Shown: piece by piece, positions 51,025 to 63,341 of the stretch | Layout of the letters: each line of letters starts with the position of its first letter | How positions within the stretch are numbered: position 1 is the stretch's first letter | From: Octopus vulgaris | Lineage: Eukaryota | Length of the DNA: 64,000 nt | Direction of reading: 5' to 3' | Assembly: GCA_951406725.2 (NCBI GenBank) | Contig: OX597814.1 | Location: forward strand, 110,546,001-110,610,000 | Notes under the pieces: model-generated | Database searches by the model: none | What the model saw: only the letters and a program-made list of their open reading frames with translations | What the model was told of the DNA's origin: nothing | Program-made: the position numbers and the translations under genes

Positions 51025-52261
51025 GTAAGTCTCCTTTCATGATTCTGAAATTTCCACCTATTTTTTGGTGTATGTATTACCACGTATCACCTCCTCTCCC
51101 ATGACCCATTCCTATTTTCCTTACATTATCCCCAAACTAAAACTTGTCATTGCCCACACCTCTATGTCCGCCATTTACTGCTTTCACTTCTGTCTTCATT
51201 TCTACCGTCTGTCACTTATCTTTCACACTCTCACAAATTTACCTTCCCACCCTTTCTGATCCACTGTCTGTATTTTCTCTCATGCTCACCTTGTTCCTCA
51301 AACATATTCCCCAATATCTCATTTCCACCATCATTTCTCCTTTTCCAGCGGGATAGCCATGTCTCTGCTCTGCAGTAAGACAACTCTTCCTGTTCATCTT
51401 TCATTCTTTTGCCTTTCAATACCTGGCACAAAACCACCTTCCTCAATACTGCACCCCCACCACTGCCAAGGGGTTTTGTGTTGCAAGTTACTTGGTGATC
51501 TCACAAAAAAAGCATTCAATACATTTTGTAAAGTGGTTGGCATTAGGAAGGGCATCTAGCCATGGCAACCATGCTAAAGCAGACATTGGAGGCTAAATGC
51601 ATCTCTCAGGTTAACTGGATCCCGTTGAAGGTGATAGGTGGTAATTATGTTTTTAATAAATTCCCAGGTTTATGTGTTTGAGCTACAATTAATTGAGAAG
51701 TGCCAGTGGCACATAAAAGGGCACCATTCAAGTGTGATCGTTACCAGCGTTGCCTTACTGGCACTTGTGCCTGTGCTTGTAGGGTGCCAAGAGCACCATC
51801 TGAGTGTGATTGTTGCCAGAGCAGCCAACTGGTTCTGTGCCGGTGGCACGTAAAAGGGAACCATTTGAGCGTGATCATTACCAACGTTGCCTTACTGGCA
51901 CCCGTGCCGGTGGCATGTGTAAAAAGATTCAAGTGTGGTCATTGCCAGTACCGCTTGACTGGCCCTGTGCCAGTGGCACGTAAAAAGCACCCACTACACT
52001 CTTGGAGTAATTGGCGTTAGGAAGGGCATCCAGCTGCAGAAGATTGGAGCCTGGTGCGGCCGTCTGGTTCGCCAGACCTCAGTCAAAATCGTCCAACCCA
52101 TGCTAGCATGGAAAGCGGATGTTAAACGATGATGATGTGTTTGAGCTACAATTAATTAAGAAGTAGACATTAAAACATTGTGAAGCTAATAAACTGTGTT
52201 CTTAGTCTTATTATGTTAATTTTTATGTTTAGTATTTGAGTCTATTTTTTTTATTTTTCAG

Positions 52262-52366
52262 ACATCGTATGTTGCCATGTCAATGCAAAAACAACATGTG
52301 CTTTCCTGGATCCAACAACTGAAAACTGTGTTGTGGAATTGTTGTGTGTGTCTCAAGTATCTCAAG
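52262..52366 (+). CDS. UBE3B: UBE3B coding exon 6 (TSYVAMSMQKQHVLSWIQQLKTVLWNCCVCLKYLK)
   Basis: tttcag| ... AAG|gtaatt; WIQQ.K..LW.CC motif as in UBE3B. Confidence 0.93.
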
Positions 52367-52976
52367 GTAATTTATTTCTAAATTTTATTTCCTGGCTGTT
52401 TGGTTAAGTAGTTTGCTTTTATGACCATGTGGTTTCAGGTTCAGTCCCACCTTGGGTAAATGCCTTCTACAATAATCCCCAGTTTGTGAGTGGAATTGGT
52501 AGGCTCACACCCCTTTTCCCTAATTACATATTTCTCTTCCCACTACTATTCATTTTTGCCTCTCACCCTATAAAGAGGATGGCAAGTGAAGAGAGATGAA
52601 AGGGTTTTGAAGTCACTTTTGTTGTCTTGGCATAACTGACCTCTCCAACACTGGTATAACTAGTGCTGCTGCATGAAAGCTTCTCATACATGTGTATGTG
52701 TTCATTTGTGTGAGTGCGTATGCATGTGTGTGCATATGCAAGTGTTATCATTCCCTGACTTTGCTTGTCACTGTCTGAGCAAAATGGCAAATATTATGAG
52801 ACAGAATGAACAAATTAAACAATTAATACAGGAGAAGTGGATGAAGGTAGAGTGGATAGGGCACAGTTGGTCCAGTGCGGCCTTGTGTGCATGTGTGTGT
52901 GTATGTGCGTGTGTGCATGCATGCCTCTGTGTGTGTGTGTACATTTTAAAAATTAAATTTTTGTTTTTCATTTCAG

Positions 52977-53076
52977 CCAGAAAATCACCGTGATAACCAA
53001 GCAATTGTGGTTCATTTACGTATGCTAATTACTTTCACAAGTATTGGGTCTTGGGGTATAGTGAAAGGAAAGACTG
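52977..53076 (+). CDS. UBE3B: UBE3B coding exon 7 (PENHRDNQAIVVHLRMLITFTSIGSWGIVKGKT)
   Basis: tttcag| ... G|gtaact; phase 0 to 1; L.ML.TFT....W motif. Confidence 0.92.
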
Positions 53077-54813
53077 GTAACTATTTATTTCCTGTTATTT
53101 TGACATTTTCTTGCATCTTATCTCCTAAATCTAATGACATTTTTTCATTGTGTGTCACAAAACTACAGTTGATATTTTATGTGAAAATAACAGAAAGAGT
53201 AATGTTAGAGGCATTTATGCACAAATATATATATTTATTAACACCACCCAGTTGAATGATACTGCCCAGGTGTCGAAACCATAATGATATCTGCTAGGCA
53301 GCTGATGATAGTATATATTTGGCGTGCTTGTTGTCTGTGAATCTTTTATACCTTGTGTTCTTGTTCAAAGTTGTCCTCATTCTCAGAGGACATTTATTTA
53401 GATATTTAGAATTTGAATATTATGTCATCAATGTAAGTTTACAAATAATAAAAAAAAATAATATGACTAGAGATTAGTGGTGAGTCAGCATACATATTGA
53501 TACATCTAAAGATGTGAGTGAGGATCAATGATATTTCTTGTTTATTGACAATAACAGATCAAGTATGTTACTTGGAACTGAAGATTAAAAGAAAAAATGA
53601 TACCATAAATGTGTAGTAGATGCTTGGATGATGTTTTGTATTAGTATTCTTAATATCAGTTTCAAATTTTGGCACAAGGCCAGCAAATTTGGAGAAGGGA
53701 TTTGTTGATTACATCGACCCCAGTGTTCAACTGGTACTTATTTTATCAACCCTAAAAGGATGAAAGGTAAAGTTGACCTTGGTGGAATTTGAACTCATAA
53801 AGAGCCAAAGGGATGCCACTAAGAATTTAGTCCAACATGCTAACAACTCTGCCAGCTCACATAATAATAATAATAATGGTTTCAAATTTTGCCACAAGGG
53901 CAGCAATTTTGGGGGAGGGGATGTGTCAATTAATTCAACACCCAGTGTTCAACTGGTACTTATTTTATCAACCCCAAAAGGATGAAAGGTAAAGTCGACC
54001 TTGGTGGAATTTGAACTCAGAACTTAAAAAATGGTTAAACTGACACTAAGCATTTTGTCCAGCATGCTAATGATTCTGCCAGCTCACCACCATATGGTAT
54101 TGTTAATATCACCATCATTTCTCCATTACCTGAACCAAATCTCCCTCAAATCATACTCTACCTTCTTAAAACAAAAAGACACATTGGATGATGTAATCCT
54201 AGATATGTCAAGCCTAAATAAGATGATGGGATGGTATTGTCTTAGTGAATAAACGCTTCCTATATTGCCTTGTCTTGCTTTGGGCCCTCAACCTTCATAC
54301 AGTCTTAGGAATGCCATTGTGATGTATGGTGTGTCTTGGATATTTTTAGATCTGGTAAAACCCATTCCTCTCCTGGGATTTCTTTGAGAAAGAGAGAAAG
54401 ATAGACAGAAAGAATTTGAAGAATGAAAAAATCAATTCCAGTGATAGATTGGTATTTTGCTTATTGTCCTTCAAAAGATAAAAGGCAAAGTTAACCTTGG
54501 AAGGATTTGAACTCATGAAGAGAGAGCCAGAATGATTATTGCAAAGGAATCTATCCGATGCTCTACTGATTCTACCATTTAGCTGCCTTACTTTCTATAT
54601 TAGTTCTTTATTGGTGAACTTCATTGATGACCATTCAGAATGTAGCTCCTTATTGTATTGAGTCTTTGTTATGCTTCTTGTAATGTTTAATTCTGCCATG
54701 TGAATGTGTTAGACCCTCCACTACTCTTATATGCATACATTAAAGAAATATTTATTAAACATGCAGGGAAAATGCAATTATGTTTATTATGAATATGTAA
54801 TTCTAAATATTAA

Positions 54814-55869
54814 CCCTTTTGTTACTATATTTTTCACCAAATCACTGCCTTTGTCTCAATATTGAAAATAATGAAGAATTTAGTAAAATAACTTTGTCAT
54901 TATTAAATTAGTGTTTGAAACATAAATTACCATGAAATTTTGATGCAAGATACAGATAAGGAAATAATTTTATTCTCAAATGCAGGAGAATGCTAATAAT
55001 ATAACACGAACAGTGGCTGCCGACAGATTTTTCTGCAAAATCTGGATAGTTTATCCTGTTCCTGCTATATTATCAGCATTCTCCTGTCTTCTTCTTGTCT
55101 TGAGACAGCATTTACCCGGGGTGGGTTGAGCTGGCTTCATTCATCCTCAATGCTGCATCTCTCACAAACGCCAACCAGACCTGGCGATTTGAGGCTAACA
55201 ACCGCGTGATCTCCAACCACTCCTTATCCCAGCAGCCAACACCGTAGATATGGGGGCCTAGGTTGGGTTCCAGATCAGCCGTGACTGTCATCAGCCAGGT
55301 TTTTCGATATCCATCACATTGCTTTTGCCAACCCTGAAGGGGAGTTGGGGCAATTGCTTCATATGTTGAGTTCCAGATCAGCCTTGACTGTCATCAGCCA
55401 GGTTTTTCGTTGTCCACCACATTGCTTTCGCCAACCTTGAAGGGGAGTTGGGGCAATTGCTTCGTAGATAAATTCTCCTGGTTGACGATGGAGGGCATGA
55501 CCCAGCCAATACAGACGTCTCGTTAGGATGACTTGTTGGAGGGAGGTGATTTTGCACTGGTGACGCACCGAATTGTTGGAGACAAAGTGATGCCATTGGG
55601 CACGAAGGATGCGGTGTAGACAGAGGTGATTGAAGGATTCTAGTCGCTTAATATCTTCCACCCTCATTGGCCATGACTCACTGCTGTAAAGGAGAATCGT
55701 TCTCCTGCAGTTGAGAATAAAATTATTTCCTTATCTGTATCTTCTAATACATCTCAATGCTTCTAAATCAAACTTTGATTGATGGAAGGTTTTAACATAG
55801 ACCACTTTAAAACAGGAAGTTTGCATCAGATGACCAGGAGCAGTCTTGGGCAGTTTGGTATTAAAAGGG
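54814..55869. mobile_element. TTAA MITE carrying a nested foldback and a LINE fragment
   Basis: TTAA-CCCTTTTG start, AAAAGGG-TTAG end. 54814-54946 plus ~55781-55869 match the 35041 family. Confidence 0.7.
55087..55699 (-). mobile_element. 3' fragment of a second RTE-like LINE family
   Basis: ESWPMRVEDIKRLESFNHLCLHRILRAQWHHFVSN..RRLYWLGHALH..GGQRKTW; (GAA)-type tail. 8-bp TSD TTCTCCTG at 55079-55086 and 55700-55707; internal ~95-bp tandem duplication. Confidence 0.85.
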
Positions 55870-56215
55870 TTAGTTTGTTGTTTATGCTGAATTTATTATT
55901 GGCATGGGGTCTCTGAAAGAGGTCTCAGGGAGTAGCATCCCTGCCTTCCTGAGTTAGTTTTCCACCATATTTGTCAGGACCACTTATGTCTAGAAACTGA
56001 GGTTGTGGGTAAGCAGGGTCATGCTCCCTATTGGAAATCCAGCTCCAAAAAAGTCTCATAATAGCAAAGGAGAAGGGGCACCAACCAGCCCAAACGTTGA
56101 GGTGGGCTGCACCTACCTACCTTGGTTGCTATAGCATTGAGGTAGATCCAGCCAAAACCTGGATTTAAAACACTGAATGATGATGATTTTACTTTTTTTT
56201 TGTTTTTGTCTTCAG

Positions 56216-56301
56216 GTGAGGCACTTAAGCCTGGACTTAATCAGCTTTGTAATAACATCATGGGGTTTCTGAATAGCAAAGGTCTCTATAGTGTTATACA
56301 G
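56216..56301 (+). CDS. UBE3B: UBE3B coding exon 8 (GEALKPGLNQLCNNIMGFLNSKGLYSVIQ)
   Basis: cttcag| ... CAG|gtaggt; phase 1 to 0; C.NIMG.LN..G.YSV.Q motif. Confidence 0.94.
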
Positions 56302-56623
56302 GTAGGTTGTAAGATTTGATTTTTTAAAAATCTTTTATCTTTTACTTGTTTCAGCCATTAAACTGTGGCCATGCTGGGGCACCACCTTGAAGGGTTTTAG
56401 TCAAATGAATCGATCCCAGCACTCAAGTTTTCAAACGTGGTACTTATTCTATTGGTCTGTTTTACTGAACCACTAAGTTATGAGCACGTAAACACACCAA
56501 CATATATATAAACTGCATTTTAGTCTTCAATGAATTTAAACTGTTGCAATTTGGTTTATGTGTGTCTTTACTATGGTTAATAATTATTCATTAAACTATA
56601 AAGAACACTGGAAAAGTGGAATA

Positions 56624-56835
56624 CAGTAATCCTTTGATTATCATGGGTGTTACATTCCAAAAACCCCTGCGATAGGTGAAAATCTGCAAAGTAGAAACAG
56701 TATTGTATATTTTTTTTTTTAATATTTTTATAATTTGTATATATTTATTTTATTATAAATGCGAAGCAACACCAGAGGAATCAATGTAAGATCGATTAAT
56801 AAACTGCGATAGGTGAACTGCATTATGATGAGGGT
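56624..56835. mobile_element. Tigger/pogo-type MITE
   Basis: TA|CAGTAATCCTTTGATTATC.TGG start and internal repeated CTGCGATAGGTGAA. Right end interrupted by an RTE tail. Confidence 0.55.
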
Positions 56836-57427
56836 ACATCAACATCAAAATAAATATCAATGGAAATTGTAGTTGTGATACCTGTGCCGGTGGCACGTAA
56901 AAAGCACCATCCGAACGTGGCCAATGCCAGCGCTGCCTTGACTTGCTTCTGTGTCGGTGGCACGTGACCTGCTGTACTTGAGGAGACCTATTGAGTCAAG
57001 TACATCAACATCAAAATAAATATCAATGGAAATTGTAGTTGTGATACCTGTGCCAGTGGCACATAAAAAGCACCATCCAAATGTGGCTGATGCCAGCACC
57101 GCCTTGACTGGCTTCTGTGCCGGTGGCACGTAAAATGCACCAACCGATCGTGGTCGCTGCCAACCTCCCCTGGCATCTGTGCCAGTGGCACGTAAAAAGC
57201 ACCCACTACACTCACAGAGTGGTTGGTGTTAAGGAAGGGCATCCAGCTGTAGAAACACTGCCAGATCAGACTGGGGCCTGGTGCAGCCTCCTGGTTTCCC
57301 AGACCCTGGTCAACCCGTCCAACCCGTGCTAGCACGGAAAACAGACGTTAAACGATGATGATGATGATGATGATTATAGTTCCAGTTTAATTTCACCTAC
57401 AGTTGAATCTTTTTCTCTCTCTTCCAG

Positions 57428-57510
57428 GTTCTTCTTACCCGAGGTCTTGCTCGGTCCAAACCAGTCTTCAGCAACACATCACTCACAGCTGTTATCACTA
57501 TAGCACTTCG
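57428..57510 (+). CDS. UBE3B: UBE3B coding exon 9 (VLLTRGLARSKPVFSNTSLTAVITIALR)
   Basis: ttccag| ... CG|gtaaga; phase 0 to 2; LLTRGLAR motif. Confidence 0.95.
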
Positions 57511-57773
57511 GTAAGAAGATATTCTGCATACTCTCTATTTACTCTATACTCTTTTACTTGTTTCAGTCATTTGACTGCAGCCATACTGGAGCATCGCCTT
57601 TAGTCGAGCAAATCGCCCCCAGGACTTATTCTTTGTAAGCCTAGTACTTATTCTATTGGTCTCTTTTTGCCGAACTGCTAAGTTACGGGGACGTAAACAT
57701 GCCAGCATCGATTGTCAAGCGATGTTGGGGGGACAAACACAGACACACAAAGACACATACACACGCATACACA

Positions 57774-57835
<62 letters not shown>

Positions 57836-58393
57836 TATATACAACGGGCTTCTTGCAGTTTCCGTCTACCAAATCCAATCACAAGGCTTTGGTCGGCCTG
57901 AAGCTATAGTAGACACTTGCCCAAACAAACGACCCCACTTGTATGACAGTGACATTTGTGTATAGTTAACACATAATATCAATATGAGATATGAACACAC
58001 ACTCACACACATGTACATACACACATATACTATCTCTGTCTCATGCATGCATACACATATGTATATCATGTATATGCATGTATATTTGTGTATGTATATA
58101 TTTGGCTGTGTGGTAAAGAAGTTTGCTTCCCAACCTCATAGTTCCAGGTTCTGTCCCACTGCCTGGCACCATGTCTGGCAAATGTCTTCAACTATAACTT
58201 TGGGCCAACCAAAACCTGTGTCCTTCATATTCAATCTTCTGTAAAAACATGTCTGGTCTTGGGGAAATCTTACCTTGCTTGAAAAACATGTGAGTGTTGG
58301 TGACAGGAAGGGTTTCCGGCTATAGAAAATTCTCAACAATTTCCATCTGGCCTGTGCAAACATGGAGATGGAAAGTGAATGACAATGATAATG

Positions 58394-58429
<36 letters not shown>

Positions 58430-59212
58430 AAGGCAGATAAACACATATAGGTTTGATGAGTATAGTTATATGATATACAAAAGGTTTTTATGTAACAGTT
58501 GTATCTTAACACCTGTTTCGGGTGAACCATAGCATACGCTTTGACCATGTGTATTACATAATAAAGAACCATAATGTAGGTGTATGGAATAACATAAGTT
58601 CCTAAAGAGCCATGAAGCAAAGCCATGTCACCCTCATCAGAGGGGTGTGGCTTAAAGCCTGTTTCACAACAGCGTACATACAAGTGTGACTATGATTAAG
58701 AAATTTGAGTGTCTTCTACTATGGACCCAGGCCAACCAAACCCTTGCGAGTGAATTTGGTTGTCAGAAACTAAAAGAAACCTGTCATGTGTGTATGCATG
58801 TGTGCACGCACATGTGTGTGTATAAAAGTTTGTATATATGTGTCTCTCTCTGTCATGATATCACCTGGTAACTGTGAATGAGTATCATCATCATACAATC
58901 ATCCTTCATTTCCAATCTTCCATGAAAACGTGTAGTAGAAACAGGTGAGTGTTGGTGACAGCAAGGGCACCCACCTATAGAAAGACTGCTTCAACAAATT
59001 CTGTCTGACCTATGCATGCATGGAAAGATGAATGTTAAAATGATGATGATATATATATGTATATATATACGTCCAACCCATGCCAGCATGCAAAACGGAC
59101 GTAAAACGATGATGGTGATATATGTGTTTATGTATGCACACACACACACACACATGAATGTATTTTGTTACAAAACTACTTTATGCTAATACTTAAAGCT
59201 TTGTGATTTCAG

Positions 59213-59318
59213 ACCACTGTTGGCATCCAACTTTTCTGAGAACCTCATGACAATGTTTCTCCTCCATATTCTGTCTGTTCCTGCAGTTATCTATCACATT
59301 AATATGCATTCTCAAGAG
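59213..59318 (+). CDS. UBE3B: UBE3B coding exon 10 (PLLASNFSENLMTMFLLHILSVPAVIYHINMHSQE)
   Basis: tttcag| ... GAG|gtaagc; phase 2 to 0; FS.NL...FL.HI.SVPA motif. Confidence 0.95.
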
Positions 59319-60460
59319 GTAAGCACATTTATTTCACATACGAGATTCCATACAATGTAATGCGCAATGAGCTCAAATAGAAGACAACTCAGGAGGGTCA
59401 CGTTTTAACAAATGTATTAGTTTAATACTTAAAAAGAAGGGGAAATATTTTGACGTTTCAGATGATAGTTCTTCACCAGACAAAAAAAAAGACACACACA
59501 CACTCTCACACAATGGGTTTCTACACAATCTACCAAATTCGCTCACAAGGCATTGGTTGGCCTCAAATTTTAATAGAAAAGCTTGAGAGGACCTGTTGAG
59601 TTGAGTTAAAGCAAAATCGTAGCTGTGGCCAGTGCCCTCTGACTGGTTTCTATCCAAATGTGATCGATGCCAGGGCCGCCTGACTGGCTCCTGTGCTGGC
59701 AACATGTAAAAAGCACCATCCAAACGTGGCCGATGCCAGTACCCCCTGACTGGCTCTCATGTTGGTGGTACATAAAAAGCACTTTCTGAACATGATCGAT
59801 TCCAGGGCCGCCTGAATGGCTCCCGTGCTGGTGGTATGTAAAAAGCACTATCTGAACGTGATTGATGCCAGGCCTGACTGGCTGGCTCCTGTGCAGGTGG
59901 CACATAAAAAGCACCCGCTACGTTCTGCTGAGTGGTTGGTGTTAGGAAAGGCATCCAGCTGTAGAAACATTGTCAGATCAGATTGAAGCCTGGTGCAGCT
60001 GCTGGCTATCCAGACCCCAGTCAAACTGTCCAACCCATGCCAGCATGGGAAGCGGACATTAAACGATGATGATGATGATGACTTGCCCAAGGAGTCACAC
60101 AATGGAACTGAACCTGAAACCACTTGATTGCACGTAAAAAGCACCCACTACACTCTGCTGAGTGGTTAGCGTTAGGAAGGGCATCCAGTTGTAGAAACTT
60201 TGCCAAATCAGATTGAAGCCTGGTACAGTTTCCTGGCTTGCCAGTCCCAAGTCAAATCATCCAACCCATGCCAGCATGGAAAGCAGACGTTAAACAATGA
60301 TGATGATGATGAATCTGTCAAAATTCATCATTATATTCTACAAGACAAAAAAGGATGTTTAAGAACAACAGACATACTGACAATGTACTCATTAGCCCTT
60401 ATCATCAAAATGTTTGTTATATGATTTTGTTTAAAAAATCCTTTTGCTTTTGTCTTGCAG

Positions 60461-60581
60461 TGTATGAACACATTAGTAACACATCGTATCTTTAAACGGT
60501 GTCTTGATTTATTAACCAATGAACAAAGTACTCGCATAGTGTTCAATTCATTAGAAGGAAACTATGCTCTGTGCCTTTTAG
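60461..60581 (+). CDS. UBE3B: UBE3B coding exon 11 (CMNTLVTHRIFKRCLDLLTNEQSTRIVFNSLEGNYALCLL)
   Basis: ttgcag| ... G|gtaagt; phase 0 to 1; SLEG...LCL motif. Confidence 0.94.
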
Positions 60582-61396
60582 GTAAGTGTTTCAAATAAAA
60601 CTTATATATTTCTGGATAGATTTTTACACAGAATCAGACTAAATACTTTGTCCCTCCTGCTGTAACTTGCAGAGTTAGTCTTTCCTAAGACTAACTCTGG
60701 AAATTAGACTTTGGCAGTATTGCCTGTTGCTCTTTTTTATTTTACTCTCTCTTTACTCTTTTACCTGTTTCAGTCATGTGACTGTGGTCATGCTGGAGCA
60801 CCGCATTTAGTCGAGCAAATTGACCCCCAGGACTTACTCTTTGGAAGCCTAGTACTTATTCTAACGGTCTCTTTTGCCGAACCACTAAGTTATGGGGACA
60901 CAAACACACCAGTATCAGTTGTCAATTGATGTTGGGAGGATGAACACAGACACACAAACATATACACATACATATATATACATATATACAACGGGCTTCT
61001 TTCAGTTTCTGCCTCACAATCTACTCACAAGGCTTTGGTCAGCCCGAGGCTATAGTAGAAGACACTTGCTCAAAGTGCCACACAGTGGGACTGAACTTGG
61101 AACCATGTAGTTCATAAGCAAGCTACTTACCACTCCTACACCTATTGTAGAACTGATTTAACATTTTTTTAAATATTTTTTTACTGGCTTCAGTCACTTG
61201 ACTTGTGGCCATGCTAGAACATCAATGCAAACGTTTTTAGTCAGTTATATTGACTCCTGCTTAGTCTGATCTCCATTTGAATCATTTCTATTTGTCAAAT
61301 GATGAAGTTCCTTCACATAGTGTTTAGATCAGTTTATACAACTAATGTCATATATCACTGCTCACTGTATCAATTTATACACACACACACATATAT

Positions 61397-61663
61397 ATTA
61401 TAAGTTAGGGTATCTACGAGATACCACCATGCTGAAAATAGCAGCTGTGATCTGACTATAAAACCACCTTAATTGTCCATATATCAACACGGAGAGAAAA
61501 CAAAGAGACAAGATGAGAGTTATCCAGTAATTTTTTACTAGTTTCATCTTGTCTCTTTGTTTTCTCTCCGTGTTGATATATGGACAATTAAGGTGGTTTT
61601 ATAGTCAGATCATGGCTGCTATTTTCAGCATGGTGGTATCTCGTAGATACCCTAATTTATAAT
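61397..61663. repeat. Near-perfect inverted repeat, 120-bp arms, 27-nt spacer, in a UBE3B intron
   Basis: 61397-61516 is the reverse complement of 61544-61663 with 3 differences. Confidence 0.95.
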
Positions 61664-61752
61664 TTTAATAATTATTACCTTTGAAGGTTATTTTTCCCAT
61701 GCTGACCACTTGATAAAATCGTTTTATTTTTAAATTAATGAACTTATCCTTA

Positions 61753-61800
<48 letters not shown>

Positions 61801-62653
61801 TTTGTGTGCATATATCCATGCACCTATTGTTATGAATGGAAGTAACACTATGTATCTCTGCTCACCACATGGATTTACGCACACATTGGCATTAAGAAAG
61901 GCATCCAGCTGTAGAAATGATGCCAAAGTAGATATTGCAGCTTGGTGCAGTCCCCTCACCTGCTGGCTCCTGTTGGAATGTTCAATTGTGCCACCATGGA
62001 AAATGGATATTAAAGGATAATGATGACATTTTATATACATATACAGGAAGGACTCTACTGTCGTTAGACGACAATTGAGGGTTCGACAGTTTCTTACCGG
62101 ACAACCACACACATGATTTGTTTACAGTGATCAAATGTTTGTGTAGACATAAGCCGACTCCCTCCATCTTATCAACATTACCTGTGCAGGTGCAATGGGT
62201 GCCACATGTCAGATGTCTAAATAATCGCAGAGCAATGTGAAATGAAGTGCTTTGCTCAAGAGCACAACACAACTGAATTTTGTTGAAGCAAGTTTTCTTT
62301 GGCTTAGGGTTAGGGTTAACCTTTCTTGTTCTGACATGTTTCCATGTTTTCACAGAATATTAGAAATGAATGACATCACTTGTGTGATAGTAGCACTCAC
62401 TTGCAACTACCATGTGAAAACAAGGACACACAGACACACATATATATGATAATCTTCTTTCAGTTTCTGTCTACCAAATCTACTCATAAGGCTTTCGTCA
62501 GCCTGGGGTTATAGCAGAAAAATACTTGCTCCTGCTGCTCTGCTGTGGGACTGAACCTGAAACTATGTGGTTAAGAAGCAAACTTATTAACCACACAGAC
62601 ATACCTGCACCACCAATTAAATACTGTTTTTTTCTTGTTGTTTTTATTTATAG

Positions 62654-62688
62654 CTAATCTGGTACATCTTGGCTATACTGAAGTTGAG
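62654..62688 (+). CDS. UBE3B: UBE3B coding exon 12 (ANLVHLGYTEVE); gene continues beyond the window
   Basis: ttatag| ... GAG|gtgagt; phase 1 to 0; NL.HLG motif. Confidence 0.9.
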
Positions 62689-62965
62689 GTGAGTTTTTAC
62701 AGTTTTCAGTTTTCACCCTTTTTTCAGTGTCTTCATCCATACAAGCTAAGTTACTGAAATAAAAAAGAAAAAAGTAGAGTTGTTTAGGGTTTCAAGTACA
62801 CTTCTTTCAGAAACATTTTTTTCATGATCAGAACTGTTGAGGCATGGAATAAACTTTCCATATCAGTTGTTAGAATATTGCATTCTTCAAAAATTCCATG
62901 CTTCTCTAAATTCACCAACAATACTCTTGACCTGCGTATGCACCCTTTCATTTTATGACCCTTAA

Positions 62966-63341
62966 CCCTTTCATTACCAACCCAGCTGAAATCAGCTCTG
63001 GCTCTGAGTACAAATGTCTTATTTTCATAAGTTCTGAATTAAAATCTTCCACCAAACTTGAGTCACAACAGAAATACGGTATTGAAAAGGTTAAAACATA
63101 TAATGGAGAAACAATTCTTAACCCTTTCGATACCAACCTGCCTAAAACTGCCTCTGGCTCTGTAGTACAAATGTCTTATTTTCATAAGTTCTGAATTAAA
63201 ATCTTCCACCAAACTTTAGTCACAATTAATGTTCCTAACACTAGCTGAATGATAACAAAGTTATTTTACTGAATTCTTTGTTATGTTTAAAGTAATTGAA
63301 AGAAACATAGAGCATCTCAAAATAAATACATAACGAAAGGG
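62966..63341. mobile_element. Two adjacent TTAA (piggyBac-type) MITEs: internally deleted 62966-63090 and full 63122-63341
   Basis: TTAA-CCCTTTCG...CGAAAGGG-TTAA for the full copy; the first ~100 bp are shared with the short copy. Confidence 0.85.

Noticed and set aside
53251-53300. Sense-strand hammerhead in a UBE3B intron (GTTGAAT-GATAC..GTGTC-GAAAC)
   Set aside because: Core and stems I/III are too degenerate to support.
62304-62319. Telomeric TTAGGG repeat
   Set aside because: Only about two and a half units inside a decayed repeat.
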